From a virus (taxonomy: Duplodnaviria; Caudoviricetes), in the IMG/VR virus record IMGVR_UViG_3300037470_000433, positions 1 to 57,852 of that record: a stretch of 57,852 bases of DNA. The stretch is one strand, 5' to 3'. A program made the position numbers and the translations under genes. Below the pieces are notes generated by a model. That model did no database searches. It worked only from the letters and a program-made list of their open reading frames with translations, and had not been told where the DNA came from. Shown in pieces: positions 1 through 9,998 of this stretch; the stretch's first letter is position 1, and every line of letters starts with the position of its first letter.

Positions 1-127
1 CGCCAAGGTCGGCGACGAAGTTGAACCGGAGGCCCATCTCATCAACGCGCACCATGTAGTTGCCGATCTGGCCGGAGAATCCGTAGCGCCAGTAGGCGTT
101 GGCCGCGCCCCATTCGGTGAAGCGCCA
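1..127. repeat. 127-bp terminal overlap (copy 1), indicating a circular assembly
   Basis: Bases 1-127 are identical to 57726-57852; the capsid reading frame continues through the junction. Confidence 0.95.
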
Positions 128-913
128 GTTCGAGAGCGTGTTCGGAGTGCTGCCACCGCCGACGCCCTGCTGTCCGCCCAACTTGTCGAGCGACCAGACC
201 GTGTCCATGTCGGACACGAACTCCACGAACGGGCTGGTTTCCTTGAAGGGATTCTCGCCCGCATAACCCTCACGCATGGTCTTGGAGAAGTTGTTCTGCA
301 ACATCTGCGGGACCAGCTTGAACAGCGACGTGGGAGCGGCGGAGGTGTCGAAGTAAATCTCCTCGTCCAGGTTCGTGCCGCCCAGAGTCCACTGGAAAGT
401 GAACGAACTGAGGAGCGCGTTGGCCATGTGGCGATACTTGGCCCAGTAGAGCGCCCGCTTGCGCAGGAAGTTACTGGAGATCGTCGTGGTGGCCGGACGA
501 AGAATCTTGTCAATCACCTGGGCGATGTGCTGCTCAGCCTGGGTGATGTGCATGTCCTGGTCGTAACACAGGAGCGGCGTCGCCCAGGTCTGCTGTTCGG
601 CGTAGTAGGTGAGCCGATCAGCGCCCCATCCGATTTGGTTTTCGGTCGGGTCGCAAGGATTGCCAACGCAGCCGGGGCCGGCGGCATTGACGCGATTCCA
701 CACCTTCGTGGTGTTCGGCCACACGGAGCGGAAGCGGTCCTGGGTGATTTCCACCGGCGTCCCCATCGGGGTCGTGCCAGTAGAGACGTTGAGGATCCAT
801 CCGTCGGTCGGGCGGATGTCCTGCATGATCAACTCGTCGAAGCGAGGAGTTTCGTTGACGAAAAACTGAGGAAAATCGCAAGCAGCGATAATCTGGCCGG
901 CTGGACATGACAT
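1..913 (-). CDS. Major capsid protein, N-terminal part (not in the ORF track because it crosses the contig end)
   Basis: ATG at 913 gives MSCPAGQIIAACDFPQFFVNETPRFDE..., open to base 1 and in frame with ORF 57178..57780 (about 486 aa in total); lies downstream of portal and scaffold; strongly biased codons. Confidence 0.75.
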   Translation of the reverse strand, partial: MSCPAGQIIAACDFPQFFVNETPRFDELIMQDIRPTDGWILNVSTGTTPMGTPVEITQDRFRSVWPNTTKVWNRVNAAGPGCVGNPCDPTENQIGWGADRLTYYAEQQTWATPLLCYDQDMHITQAEQHIAQVIDKILRPATTTISSNFLRKRALYWAKYRHMANALLSSFTFQWTLGGTNLDEEIYFDTSAAPTSLFKLVPQMLQNNFSKTMREGYAGENPFKETSPFVEFVSDMDTVWSLDKLGGQQGVGGGSTPNTLSNWRFTEWGAANAYWRYGFSGQIGNYMVRVDEMGLRFNFVADLG

Positions 914-1072
914 AAAATTTCAGTGCTCCAAAGGTTGTGCGCGTACGTGCGCGCGTTGTTTTACTACGATTGCGACATGAAAAGCTGCCGCGGCATAGCC
1001 TTTGAACAGGGCCTAAACTGGTTGGAACATGGGCTCCCAACTGCCGGAGTAACCGTGGTTACTGAGTAAGAG

Positions 1073-1321
1073 CTATATCGGATTTCCGAGGTCGTCAACC
1101 GGAATTCCAAACTGGGCCGGGGTTTTGCCAAAGCGCTCCCAGCAGTATGTCCTCAAGAACGCGATCTCATACTCTGCCCTCTCGAACGCTGGATCAGGCA
1201 TCCAGAGGGATGATTCAGCGGTCGGCGGTCGCCAGTTCCTGGCGTACGTAGTTGCTGCCGGCAGGATGGCAAAGGACGCCGCTGCCAGCCCCAGCTTTGT
1301 GAAGAACGATCTCCTGGTCAT
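1073..1321 (-). CDS. Small protein with twin-arginine (Tat)-like signal peptide
   Basis: MTRRSFFTKLGLAAASFAILPAA fits S/T-R-R-x-F-L plus a hydrophobic stretch; start overlaps the scaffold stop. Confidence 0.55.
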   Translation of the reverse strand: MTRRSFFTKLGLAAASFAILPAATTYARNWRPPTAESSLWMPDPAFERAEYEIAFLRTYCWERFGKTPAQFGIPVDDLGNPI

Positions 1322-2673
1322 TTTGCAAGCTTGCGAAGGTTGGTGAACAGCGATTGACGGCTGTTCTGAGGCATGCCGCCAGATGCGCCCGGCTGCCGCC
1401 CGCCAAATTCAGGGACAGTGCCTTCGAACTCGGCCAGCTTCTTCGCCAGCGCCGCACTGTTGGCGCGCTCCTTTTCCAGCATGTAGCGCATGCGGCCAAA
1501 AGCGGCGGCGCGGTGACGCACGGCGGCGTGCTTGCGGACGACGGCGGCGCGCTGCTCGGCGGTCAGTTTGGGATCGAGCGGGTCCTGCGTGAACGCCTCA
1601 TCCACGAACTTGTAGCCCTTCTCCAGCCGCGAGTTGGCGTCAGTGTCGCCGTCAATCGGCTTGAAATACTGGCCGATCTTAGGGTCGGCGATGATGTCGT
1701 TGTTGGTCTTTTCCCATGCCTCGGCGGCGGCCTTGCGGGCCTCAGCCGTCTGCGCCTGGGTCTGCGCCTGGGTGGCCTTCGCATGCTCAACGCCATCCTT
1801 TTTGGCCTTCTCCAAGGCGGCGGCCTGGGTGTCATAGAGCTTCCGCAACTCGCGGCGATGATCCATGACATCGTTGGCTGAGCTGCCGTAGAGCTGCTCG
1901 GCGCGCTCGCGGGCCCGGTTGAGCGGCATGTTCACCAGCTCCAACAGGTCCTTGGGCGCCATCTGTCGCTCTGCACCGGTTTCTGGGTCGGCGATGACAA
2001 TCTCGCGCAGCTCCGCCATCGAGCGTGTCCACTGCTGCTCGTAGGGCTGCTGATACTTTTCCACGAACTCCTGCGACTTGGAGTAGTCGAGAAACTGGAT
2101 GTGCTGCTCCAGCTCCTTGTTCCGGGCCTCGATCTTGGACAGACGCTCTATCTCGGATTTCCGAGCTTCAGGGTCGCCGATCAGCTTGCGCAACTCGGAC
2201 ACCTCGGCCTCAGCCTTGGCGGCGCGGGCCTTGTGCTCGTCGGCGAGCTTCCAGGGGTTCACCTTGGTCTTGCGACCGTCCACTTTGGGAGCGGCGGCGG
2301 CAGCGGCCTTGTCATCCGGCGATGGGGCGCTCTCGGGATCAACGTCATCAGCGATGCCGCGCTCATCGGGCTCAGCAGGATCAGCCGGATCATCAGCACC
2401 AGGACGGTCGCCTTCAGGTTGCGCCGGTGCGGCTGGCTCGGCAGCGGGGACCTTACCATCATCTCCGCGCCCCTTGGCTCGCAGATTGGCAAACATCTTC
2501 TCGCGGGCGGTCGGCTCTTTGGGAGCGCCGGCTGCTGGCGCCATTGGCGGAGGAACAACCTTGATCTCCCCTGTGGATGGCGGAACTGCTGATCCAACAC
2601 TGGCCGGACGGGCGGTTGGCGCGGCGGGGGCGGCGGGGGATGCTGGTGCGGGGGCGGCTGCTGGTGAACTCAT
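1318..2673 (-). CDS. Putative capsid scaffolding protein
   Basis: Pro/Ala/Asp-rich disordered N-terminus, coiled-coil body, located between portal and capsid. Confidence 0.6.
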   Translation of the reverse strand: MSSPAAAPAPASPAAPAAPTARPASVGSAVPPSTGEIKVVPPPMAPAAGAPKEPTAREKMFANLRAKGRGDDGKVPAAEPAAPAQPEGDRPGADDPADPAEPDERGIADDVDPESAPSPDDKAAAAAAPKVDGRKTKVNPWKLADEHKARAAKAEAEVSELRKLIGDPEARKSEIERLSKIEARNKELEQHIQFLDYSKSQEFVEKYQQPYEQQWTRSMAELREIVIADPETGAERQMAPKDLLELVNMPLNRARERAEQLYGSSANDVMDHRRELRKLYDTQAAALEKAKKDGVEHAKATQAQTQAQTAEARKAAAEAWEKTNNDIIADPKIGQYFKPIDGDTDANSRLEKGYKFVDEAFTQDPLDPKLTAEQRAAVVRKHAAVRHRAAAFGRMRYMLEKERANSAALAKKLAEFEGTVPEFGGRQPGASGGMPQNSRQSLFTNLRKLAK

Positions 2674-2969
2674 GCTTTGTAATTGAGCTTGTTAAGGTCT
2701 GCTTTGCCTGATGCCGGAGTTGCCGGCTCAGCCAGGTTGATAAGGATGTCCAGGAACTCCTGGGCGCCTTTGATTTTCAAGAAGTAGGCAGCGGCGGCAT
2801 TGCCGTCAATTTCGACGGCGCTGGTCAGCCGGCGCTGATGATGAAGCAATGCAGCGTTGAAGGACCGGCGCAGCGCTGGATTTTGCATCAACTCGCGATG
2901 AGCTTTGCAGGCTGCTGCGCTCTCAAGGAATTCCTGCTTGGGAGTCGGGTTCGTGATCGGTGGGTTCAT
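2670..2969 (-). CDS. Hypothetical protein (head module)
   Basis: 99-aa ORF translationally coupled to the scaffold gene. Confidence 0.6.
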   Translation of the reverse strand: MNPPITNPTPKQEFLESAAACKAHRELMQNPALRRSFNAALLHHQRRLTSAVEIDGNAAAAYFLKIKGAQEFLDILINLAEPATPASGKADLNKLNYKA

Positions 2970-3021
2970 GTTCTACGCTTTATCTGCTAACAGTGTTAGC
3001 ACGTCGGCCAAATCGTGTCCA

Positions 3022-5394
3022 TCACTCTTTGGCTTTCGGCTTTTCCTTGGCCTGCTTGTCTTTGATCTTCGCCTCGGCGGTGGCCTTCTTCTGGGCGAGC
3101 AGAACGTCGCTGGCAGCCTTCACGTCGGCGAGATGCAGCTCCTGCTCCATCTGCTTACGCTCCATCTCCATCTTCGCCTCGAACTCCTGGCGCTTCTGGG
3201 TCTGCTGCATCTCGAACTGCACCTGCCGCTGTGCCGTGCGCTGAGCGTGCGACACCTTCGTGTTCTCAGCCTTGGCATTGGCGGTGATCATCATCGCCTG
3301 AATCTTGGCCTGCGCCTCGGGGTCTTGACCGCCTTGAGCGTTCTCCTGCTGCATCTTCTCCTGCGCCTGCTGGGCCAGCGCCTTGACCAGGTTCATCACC
3401 TTGCCGAGCTGATCGCCGTACTGCTTCACGCGCGCCCGCTCCTCCGGGTCTTGCGCGATCTGCTGGATGTGCTGATCAATGTGCTGCGCCATGTTCTGCA
3501 TGCCCATGATCTGCTCCATCGTTGCGGTGCGCGTCTGCATAGCTTTCTGCACGACCAGCGCCAGCGTGGCCATCAACGTGTCCACATACTCGATGTGGTT
3601 CATGCCGGACTTCATCGCCACCGGCAGGCCCTGCAACAGCGTGCCCGCTGCGAGCTGGGCGTCATGCACGGAATCCGTGATGCGGTTCGGCGACTTGGGC
3701 ACGAGCGAATCGGCACGCGCCGCGTCATCTGTAACCGCAAGGGTTACATCGTGGAGAATCTGGCGCTGCGATTCCGGATCGTAAAGATTACGCATCGTCA
3801 TCAACTGCTCGGAGATGGCCATCTCCAGGGTCTTGTTGCCCGCCCCCATCACGCGCTCCGGCTCTTGTTCCCAACAGTCGCGGTTGTAGAGGACTTTCTC
3901 TGGAACGCCCTGACGCAGGCAGTTCGCCTGGAAGCTGCGGCAATGAGGGTCGCGTGAGTTCTTGATGATGAAGCGCCGGAAAATCTCCCGGTATTCAGGC
4001 TTCTGGTAGAGGTATGCCTGTTGCAAGCCCGCGCTGACCAGGCTGGTGATGGCGTTGGTTTCAGCCATGACCTGGAACTTGGTTTTCTCGACCTGGTTCT
4101 GACCCTGCTGCGGCTGCGTTGTGTAAGACGAAGCGTTCTGTGCGATCAGGTTGGCATTCTCCATCAGCCCCATCTGGGCGAGCTGGCTGTTCACTTGATA
4201 GCGATCCTGGGCCTTGATGAAGTCCACACTGCCGTCAATGAAGCCCCGGTTCACCAGGTCCACTTTGAGGGCGCGCTGCGCTTGATCGGCGTCATTGATG
4301 CGGAAGTAAACCATGAGCTGCTCAAAGAGGGCCTCATTGAATTTGCAGCGCAGCCGATTCTGAAGATGGCAGACCGAGTAGAGAAGGAAGCCGAGAGAGC
4401 GAACCGAGTGATAGCGGAACGGCGCCACCGCTGACAGATCGGCGAACTGCCAGTTGATTATCTCCTCGCGGTGGCTGGCAAAGATGCGCTTGCCTGGGTT
4501 GTAGAGGAACTGGCCCCGGAAATCCACATACGGCTCACCGGTGCGGCGCGATGATGCGGCTGCGCCACCAGCAGCGGCGGGAGTGCTCCACGCGTCCAGA
4601 ATCATGCGGCGATTCCAGCCGGACTGTTTGGGATTGTCGTTCCAGAAGTAGAAGTCGTAGCAGTCAACCGTGGGGACCTGGTCACCCACATAGAATCCAC
4701 CATCCCCTTTGACCCGCTCCTGAATCTTCTCCGGCGACCAAACCTCGGGCCAGTTTGTGCCCATCAGCGTCATGGACTCGCGATCAATCCACTTGATCAG
4801 CGACTTCACCAGCTTCTGATTCCAGCCCGGATCAACGTGCTTGCCACTGGTCAGCTTGATCAGCTCGGGAGCAGTAAGTGATCGGTAAACCGCAAAAAAG
4901 GGCAGGTTGCTCATCGTGAGCAAGGTGTTCGCTGGCACCAGCGCATCCTCAACTCCCATGGAGTCCGGCATCCAGCGATGTGAATCTCTCCAGCCGGCGG
5001 GGGCGATCCCATGCAGGACGTTCTGCGCGAACTTGGACCGGAAGCATTCCATGTATGGGATGGAGCGCTTCATGATCTTGTTGATCTCCTTGGTCACAAT
5101 CTGGCCGTATTGCGCCCGCTTGTGAGGCGCGCCGGCGTCAGTGGTGCAGGTGAAGAAGTTGCCCGGCTTGAGGAATGCCTGGTAGAACTGGCTGCGCGCA
5201 TCGTGGCTGAGGCGCGTGCTCTCCAGGAAGTTGACGTTGACCTCAATGTTGTTCGCTTCGACCTCGGATTCGTCGTAGGGCGGCACGCCATTGAACAGTT
5301 GGTCAATCTGCGCGCGGTTCTGACTGCGGGGGTAATCAGCGAGGCGGAGCTGATAGCAAACTTGCTCGACCTGCTCTGGTTGTTCAAATGTCAT
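3022..5394 (-). CDS. Portal protein
   Basis: 790 aa, helical, long Gln/Ala/Lys-rich coiled-coil C-terminus like P22-type portals; upstream of scaffold and capsid. Confidence 0.7.
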   Translation of the reverse strand: MTFEQPEQVEQVCYQLRLADYPRSQNRAQIDQLFNGVPPYDESEVEANNIEVNVNFLESTRLSHDARSQFYQAFLKPGNFFTCTTDAGAPHKRAQYGQIVTKEINKIMKRSIPYMECFRSKFAQNVLHGIAPAGWRDSHRWMPDSMGVEDALVPANTLLTMSNLPFFAVYRSLTAPELIKLTSGKHVDPGWNQKLVKSLIKWIDRESMTLMGTNWPEVWSPEKIQERVKGDGGFYVGDQVPTVDCYDFYFWNDNPKQSGWNRRMILDAWSTPAAAGGAAASSRRTGEPYVDFRGQFLYNPGKRIFASHREEIINWQFADLSAVAPFRYHSVRSLGFLLYSVCHLQNRLRCKFNEALFEQLMVYFRINDADQAQRALKVDLVNRGFIDGSVDFIKAQDRYQVNSQLAQMGLMENANLIAQNASSYTTQPQQGQNQVEKTKFQVMAETNAITSLVSAGLQQAYLYQKPEYREIFRRFIIKNSRDPHCRSFQANCLRQGVPEKVLYNRDCWEQEPERVMGAGNKTLEMAISEQLMTMRNLYDPESQRQILHDVTLAVTDDAARADSLVPKSPNRITDSVHDAQLAAGTLLQGLPVAMKSGMNHIEYVDTLMATLALVVQKAMQTRTATMEQIMGMQNMAQHIDQHIQQIAQDPEERARVKQYGDQLGKVMNLVKALAQQAQEKMQQENAQGGQDPEAQAKIQAMMITANAKAENTKVSHAQRTAQRQVQFEMQQTQKRQEFEAKMEMERKQMEQELHLADVKAASDVLLAQKKATAEAKIKDKQAKEKPKAKE

Positions 5395-5519
5395 GATTCA
5401 CCTTCCTTGGGCGGCGATTGGCGGCCTGCTCTTTTGGGGTTGCCCACCTGCTGGCGCTTGCCGTTTGGGAAAACATGCCACCGAACGAACCTGATCGCGG
5501 TTAATCGGTTAAACTTCAT
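5391..5519 (-). pseudogene. 42-codon ORF resembling the N-terminus of an HNH/AP2 homing endonuclease (remnant)
   Basis: MKFNRLTAIRFVRWHVFPNGKRQ resembles the 'KFNRLTVI' starts of such nucleases; its stop overlaps the portal ATG. Confidence 0.3.
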
Positions 5520-5559
5520 AACGGTTCTTACATCGGAATTCCGAGATAGGCAATCTTCA

Positions 5560-6651
5560 TCAGATCACCCACTGCTCGCGATCCGCGATCATGAAGTACA
5601 AGTTGAGCCGGTATTTGATGCACTGTTTGCAGATGGCGTGACCGGTTCGCTGCTCGATCATCTGCTCTGGCGTCGTCTGCAAATAGTCCGTCAGCGTGAT
5701 GCGGCGGTCGGCGGTGCAGGCGCAGAGCTGCGTCTTGCCGTCGTGCCGGATGAACGTGAAGATCGAGCCCGCGCCCACCAGGCAGACCGGCGACACTGGG
5801 AACTTCGCATACATCTCCCGCGCCTGATCGGGGGGAATCCGCATGTGTGACAAGGTTTCGACGTAGGTCGGCCCCACCGGCGGCAGCAGGTGATTCCAGT
5901 CTGGACGCCCTTCCTGAACCTCAAACGGCGTCGCCTCCAGGTCTTTGCTGCGGCAATACTGGATCGAGTTCTCCATGCTGATCGCCCGCGCAATCGAGGT
6001 GAAGAAGCCGATCCCTAGGTTCGTGGCATACTCCCGCATCGGCTCGATCTCGTGCTGGTTGTAGTCGTAAACGTGATAGTTCACCAGGATGTTGATCTTG
6101 TTCTCACCCCTGGTGTTGTTGATCTCTGCGACCGTGCGCATGTTCGCCTTCACCTTCTCCACGTTGCCGCCCGCATGGCCGCGCACGTAAACCTCCTGCG
6201 TGAATCCGGACAGGCTGATGATGATCAGGTCGGGATTCGCGTTGAGCACATCCTCGACGTGATGAATGTGGTTCAGATTAGTGGACATCTCTGGATGTAA
6301 GCCGCGTCGGCGAATGGACGCGAGGCATTCAGCCAGCCGGGGATGCAGGAACGGCTCGGAGTTCCCGTAAACAAAGACGATGGCCTCCGGGTTCTCCAGC
6401 TTGATCTTGTCGAGAATCTTCTCCATCAGCTCCGGATCCATAAGGCCGGTCTGGTGCTCATACTTCAACCCCTCGATCTCGCCCATGTTCCCCTTGGTGC
6501 AGGACGGGCACTTCAGGTTGCAAGCGGAGTTGATCTCCAGGAAGTATCGCCAGCTCCGCATGCGGGTGTGCTCCAGCTTGATTGCGCCGTCGCCTTCCAG
6601 GAGCGGGATGGCGGAGTCGTCGTAGGCTTTCTGCATTTCTGGGGTCAGCAT
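5560..6651 (-). CDS. Radical SAM protein with SPASM/Twitch-like C-terminus
   Basis: CNLKCPSC (CxxxCxxC), 'SEPFLHP', C-terminal C...IRHDG...CAC...CKQC. Confidence 0.9.
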   Translation of the reverse strand: MLTPEMQKAYDDSAIPLLEGDGAIKLEHTRMRSWRYFLEINSACNLKCPSCTKGNMGEIEGLKYEHQTGLMDPELMEKILDKIKLENPEAIVFVYGNSEPFLHPRLAECLASIRRRGLHPEMSTNLNHIHHVEDVLNANPDLIIISLSGFTQEVYVRGHAGGNVEKVKANMRTVAEINNTRGENKINILVNYHVYDYNQHEIEPMREYATNLGIGFFTSIARAISMENSIQYCRSKDLEATPFEVQEGRPDWNHLLPPVGPTYVETLSHMRIPPDQAREMYAKFPVSPVCLVGAGSIFTFIRHDGKTQLCACTADRRITLTDYLQTTPEQMIEQRTGHAICKQCIKYRLNLYFMIADREQWVI

Positions 6652-6654
6652 AAT

Positions 6655-7338
6655 TTATGGGCAGTTGAATGGTCCGGACGGGTGGAAGTCTCGCACGCGT
6701 GGGCGACGAGGGCCAGCGCCAAGCCACACCTCGGCCTCGTAGCGCGCCTCGACGGCGTCAATGCCGCCCATGATTGGGATGCGCGGATGACTCTCGATCA
6801 GCGGCTTGGTGTTGATGAAGTCCGAGGTCGCCCACCAGAAGTTGCCGCCCCAGATGTTCTGCGTACCGTCCACCTGGCCGTCCTTCCAGTGGCAGCCAAC
6901 AGAGTCAATGCGCGGACCAAGTGTGGCGACGCAGATGCGCCAGTTCTCCACGAGATGCCGCATCATGCAGTTGCGCCAGCGAGTGGTCATGTCATCGGAG
7001 GCACTGCGCGTCGCACCCTTCGAATGGAAGTAGAGCACCTTCCAACCTTTGTGGCCGGCCATGATCTTCTGAAGGTGCATCAGCGTCCGCAGTTCGGTGC
7101 GGCATTGCAGCCCGTGGTAGATGACGTTCGCCTTTTTCGGGAACACGTAATGGCCGAACAGCTCGCTTTCCTGTCCGCCATTCACTCCGATGTGCAGCTC
7201 GGTGGCCGCTTCAAGCAAGCCGCTGGCTTCCAGTTGCTCCATCTGTTCGTTCACCACGCTGATGGCGTTCGGCAGCATGGCGGGCGGAGTGCCAAGGAGG
7301 AACAGGCAGTGGTAGAAGATGGCGATTGGTGCACTCAT
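6655..7338 (-). CDS. Putative glycosyltransferase-like protein
   Basis: 'VLYFHSKG', 'WRNCM', 'GNFWWA' and 'RYEAEVW' motifs typical of viral GT-like proteins. Confidence 0.55.
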   Translation of the reverse strand: MSAPIAIFYHCLFLLGTPPAMLPNAISVVNEQMEQLEASGLLEAATELHIGVNGGQESELFGHYVFPKKANVIYHGLQCRTELRTLMHLQKIMAGHKGWKVLYFHSKGATRSASDDMTTRWRNCMMRHLVENWRICVATLGPRIDSVGCHWKDGQVDGTQNIWGGNFWWATSDFINTKPLIESHPRIPIMGGIDAVEARYEAEVWLGAGPRRPRVRDFHPSGPFNCP

Positions 7339-8015
7339 GCAGTGTGGTAGAACGGCGGCGCCGTCATGCGGTCGCCGATCAGAAGGTTGCTTTGGTCACC
7401 GTTATGGTAGCCATTCGGTATCTCGTCCCACTTCGCCATGGGATACTCACCAGTCCAGACTACGACCAGCGGTGTCTTGCGCTGGCCGTAAATCCAAGAG
7501 GTAAGACACTTCGGCCCATGTTCGAATGGATAGCGCTGCTCTCGGGATTTAACGATGGTGGGGTACTTCCTCAGCAGGGCGGGCGACATGGCAAACCCAG
7601 TTGTGCGGATATGCGGGTGGACGCCGAACTGGACCGCGCCGCGATTGCCCATCGAGCCGAACAAGGTGTCGCCGTGTCGCTCGCGCGCCTCGGCAAAACG
7701 TCCCAGCCAGCCAACACACTTCAGGTAGGAGCTGCCGCCGAGGAACACCATCAGGTCACTGTCGTAAGTGGCGGCGGCCTTCTGGTACGCGCCGATGTCG
7801 TAGCCAGAGTCGTCATGCGCCAGCAGCTTCAGCCCCGGCAGTGAGCCAAACAGGTACTCAGTCTCTCCGTCGGTTGGGCCGCCGTTGCAGACCACGACCG
7901 TCTCATGATCCACCCCAGGCGGAAAAGCGTGGTAGGTGTTGAGGAAGCGATTGGCCAACTCCAGGTGACCGTCCCTGCCGCCGAGCGGATAGACATAAAC
8001 CACTATGATCTTCAT
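7335..8015 (-). CDS. Putative glycosyltransferase-like protein (paralogue A; start revised to MKIIVVYVYP)
   Basis: 'HDDSGYDIGAY', 'PHIRTTGF', 'RYPFEHG'; paralogous to 8012..8650. Confidence 0.55.
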   Translation of the reverse strand: MKIIVVYVYPLGGRDGHLELANRFLNTYHAFPPGVDHETVVVCNGGPTDGETEYLFGSLPGLKLLAHDDSGYDIGAYQKAAATYDSDLMVFLGGSSYLKCVGWLGRFAEARERHGDTLFGSMGNRGAVQFGVHPHIRTTGFAMSPALLRKYPTIVKSREQRYPFEHGPKCLTSWIYGQRKTPLVVVWTGEYPMAKWDEIPNGYHNGDQSNLLIGDRMTAPPFYHTA

Positions 8016-8650
8016 GCCACTTTGTTCCTCTCGATATGCTGATCCCACACCAGGCTCTGCGTCCGACTGGCGTGCTGCCATTCCTTGCGCGGGTAACACC
8101 CGTCCCAAGTCACCTGGAAAGTTCCCAGCCCCAGCCCTGCAACACAGGCAGTGAAGCCGGTGGCACCATGCTCGAACTCATACCGATTGCCATTGTGAAC
8201 CGGGATCGGGTAGGCCGCCAACAGTTCAGGGGCGCACCAGAACGCTGTGGTGCGAATGTGGGCGCGGGGCTGCTCAAATGCCCAACATCCGTATAATCCA
8301 GGACCGTTTGCCTCATACTCCTGGATGATGCGGTCCAACCACCCGGCGCGGTGGAAATGCACCGGTGCGCCCAGGCAGACCATCAGGTCGCACCTCACCT
8401 CGGCGGCGGCTTTCATGAACGCCCCAACGTCCTTCCCGGTGTTGTCATGCCTCAGAATCTGACATTCCAAGGGGGCGAACCGATTCTCTAATTCGGAATT
8501 CCGAGCTAGGCCGCCGTTCACGACCACGCAAATTTCGTGATCCTCAATCCCCGGTGGGTGCTTCATGTAAGTCTCAACGAACCGGCGCGCCAATGGGTTG
8601 TAGGTCCTGGCAGCTACCAGTGGGTAAACGTAAACCAGGACCACCCTCAC
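8012..8650 (-). CDS. Putative glycosyltransferase-like protein (paralogue B)
   Basis: 'HDNTGKDVGAF', 'AHIRTTAF', 'RYEFEHG'. Confidence 0.55.
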   Translation of the reverse strand: MRVVLVYVYPLVAARTYNPLARRFVETYMKHPPGIEDHEICVVVNGGLARNSELENRFAPLECQILRHDNTGKDVGAFMKAAAEVRCDLMVCLGAPVHFHRAGWLDRIIQEYEANGPGLYGCWAFEQPRAHIRTTAFWCAPELLAAYPIPVHNGNRYEFEHGATGFTACVAGLGLGTFQVTWDGCYPRKEWQHASRTQSLVWDQHIERNKVA

Positions 8651-8985
8651 GCCCGCCAGCCCTCCGGAAGATGGCAGTTTTCAGGGGCGTCCCTGAACAT
8701 TGGCGCAATGTCGCTGTCGGTGTATCCGGCCAGTCCGCAGCCAATCCTGGTGACCTGAAACAGCAGTCCAGGATGGGCGCGAGCATACGCTTTGAAATCC
8801 TCGACATAGGGTTTTATTTCCGGCAGTGGCAGTGTCCTGATGCTTTTATCCTTTGTCGGAATCGCATAGCAATCACCAGTTCTGCCCGCTCCAACCCCGT
8901 AAACAGCGCCGCGCAACATCCTGGCTTCGAGCGCAGCACCCTTGCCGTGACGACCGGCCAGATTGCTTCCAAACACAAAGATCAT
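8647..8985 (-). CDS. Conserved phage protein, FVFGSNxxGxHGxGAA (A1S_2505-like) family
   Basis: MIFVFGSNLAGRHGKGAA…YAIPTK…VTRIGCGLAG. Confidence 0.75.
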   Translation of the reverse strand: MIFVFGSNLAGRHGKGAALEARMLRGAVYGVGAGRTGDCYAIPTKDKSIRTLPLPEIKPYVEDFKAYARAHPGLLFQVTRIGCGLAGYTDSDIAPMFRDAPENCHLPEGWRA

Positions 8986-9695
8986 GGCCTCAGCTCCGCG
9001 ACGATCCAGCACCCTTGCACCTGCTGCAAATCCACGAGCACTTCGTCAGTCATGTGCGCCTTGATGTAGGGCAGCGGAGTGTGAACCTTCAGCTTCAGTG
9101 GGCAGAGGCAGATGTCGCAGACGTTCAGCTTCGCGTCGAAGGTGGTGGACAGCTTGCGATCCTGGAGTCGCTCGATCTGCTTCTTGATCGCTCCCGCCGC
9201 CGGCTTGGTGAACCAGCTCGTGAAGTCGCCGGAGGTGTTCTTGGGACACGCGGCGCAGACCGAGGCGCGCTGCTCGGAAAGCTCTGCCGCGACCGGCGGC
9301 TCACCCGAGTCAATCCACTCGTCGAGCGTCTTGATGCCGGACCAAATCTTACTTGCCACCCCCGCCGCAACATTTACCTGCTTTACGTTTTCGGGCGACG
9401 GGGGCTTTGTTTTTGGGGGCGCAGCTCCTGATGCTCCGCCGTCGAGATAATTCATCCAGCCGTGCTTCAGGCAGATGTTCACGTTGAACTGCTCCACCTC
9501 ATTGGCGACCGCGTCGTAATCCAGCGACCAGCCGTGCTTGGCCACCAGGTCGGGGCGTCCGGAGCGATGCCTGATCAGGTCGCGCACGATGGAATCGAAG
9601 CTGATGAAGTTGCGCGGTCGCCAGTTGGTTTGCGGCTGAATGAATCGAAACCCGTTAGGTATCTGGCTTTGCCGGCTTTTGAGGCGATAAATCAT
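8982..9695 (-). CDS. Hypothetical Cys-rich protein
   Basis: CAACP, CDICLCPLKLK and GCW motifs; coupled to the next gene. Confidence 0.6.
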   Translation of the reverse strand: MIYRLKSRQSQIPNGFRFIQPQTNWRPRNFISFDSIVRDLIRHRSGRPDLVAKHGWSLDYDAVANEVEQFNVNICLKHGWMNYLDGGASGAAPPKTKPPSPENVKQVNVAAGVASKIWSGIKTLDEWIDSGEPPVAAELSEQRASVCAACPKNTSGDFTSWFTKPAAGAIKKQIERLQDRKLSTTFDAKLNVCDICLCPLKLKVHTPLPYIKAHMTDEVLVDLQQVQGCWIVAELRP

Positions 9696-9773
9696 GTCCC
9701 CTTGTAGCCCCTCCCTCAACTTTCCGCAACTTTTTATTGCTTTAGTTAGCCAACGCTGCTAATTGTCCAGGGC

Positions 9774-9998
9774 ATGAGCAAAACCAAAGCCTGTCGCTGT
9801 TGTGGCGGCAGCGGAACAGAACTCGACAACAAAGCCACCGGAGCTGAGATGCGCGCGATGCGCATTTCCAAAGGGATGAGCCTGCGGCAGGTGGGGGCAA
9901 AAATGAAGCTCTGCGCCCCCTACATCTGCGATCTGGAAAAGGGCCACCGCAACTGGACCGAGCCGCTGGTGGCGAAATACCGAAAGGCAGTTCAATGA
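9774..9998 (+). CDS. XRE/Cro-type HTH transcriptional regulator
   Basis: 'MRISKGMSLRQVGAKMKLCAPYICDLEKGHR'; first gene of the divergent arm. Confidence 0.8.
   Translation: MSKTKACRCCGGSGTELDNKATGAEMRAMRISKGMSLRQVGAKMKLCAPYICDLEKGHRNWTEPLVAKYRKAVQ

Noticed and set aside
1-127. Biological direct terminal repeat
   Set aside because: It falls mid-capsid gene and its length equals a common assembler k-mer (127); it is best read as a circularisation overlap
2905-3957. Long Leu/His-rich plus-strand ORF (and similar ones at 6343..7350, 17016..17870, 43168..44187)
   Set aside because: Antisense shadows of high-GC coding genes with no recognisable motifs, unlike the ORFs nested in the inteins
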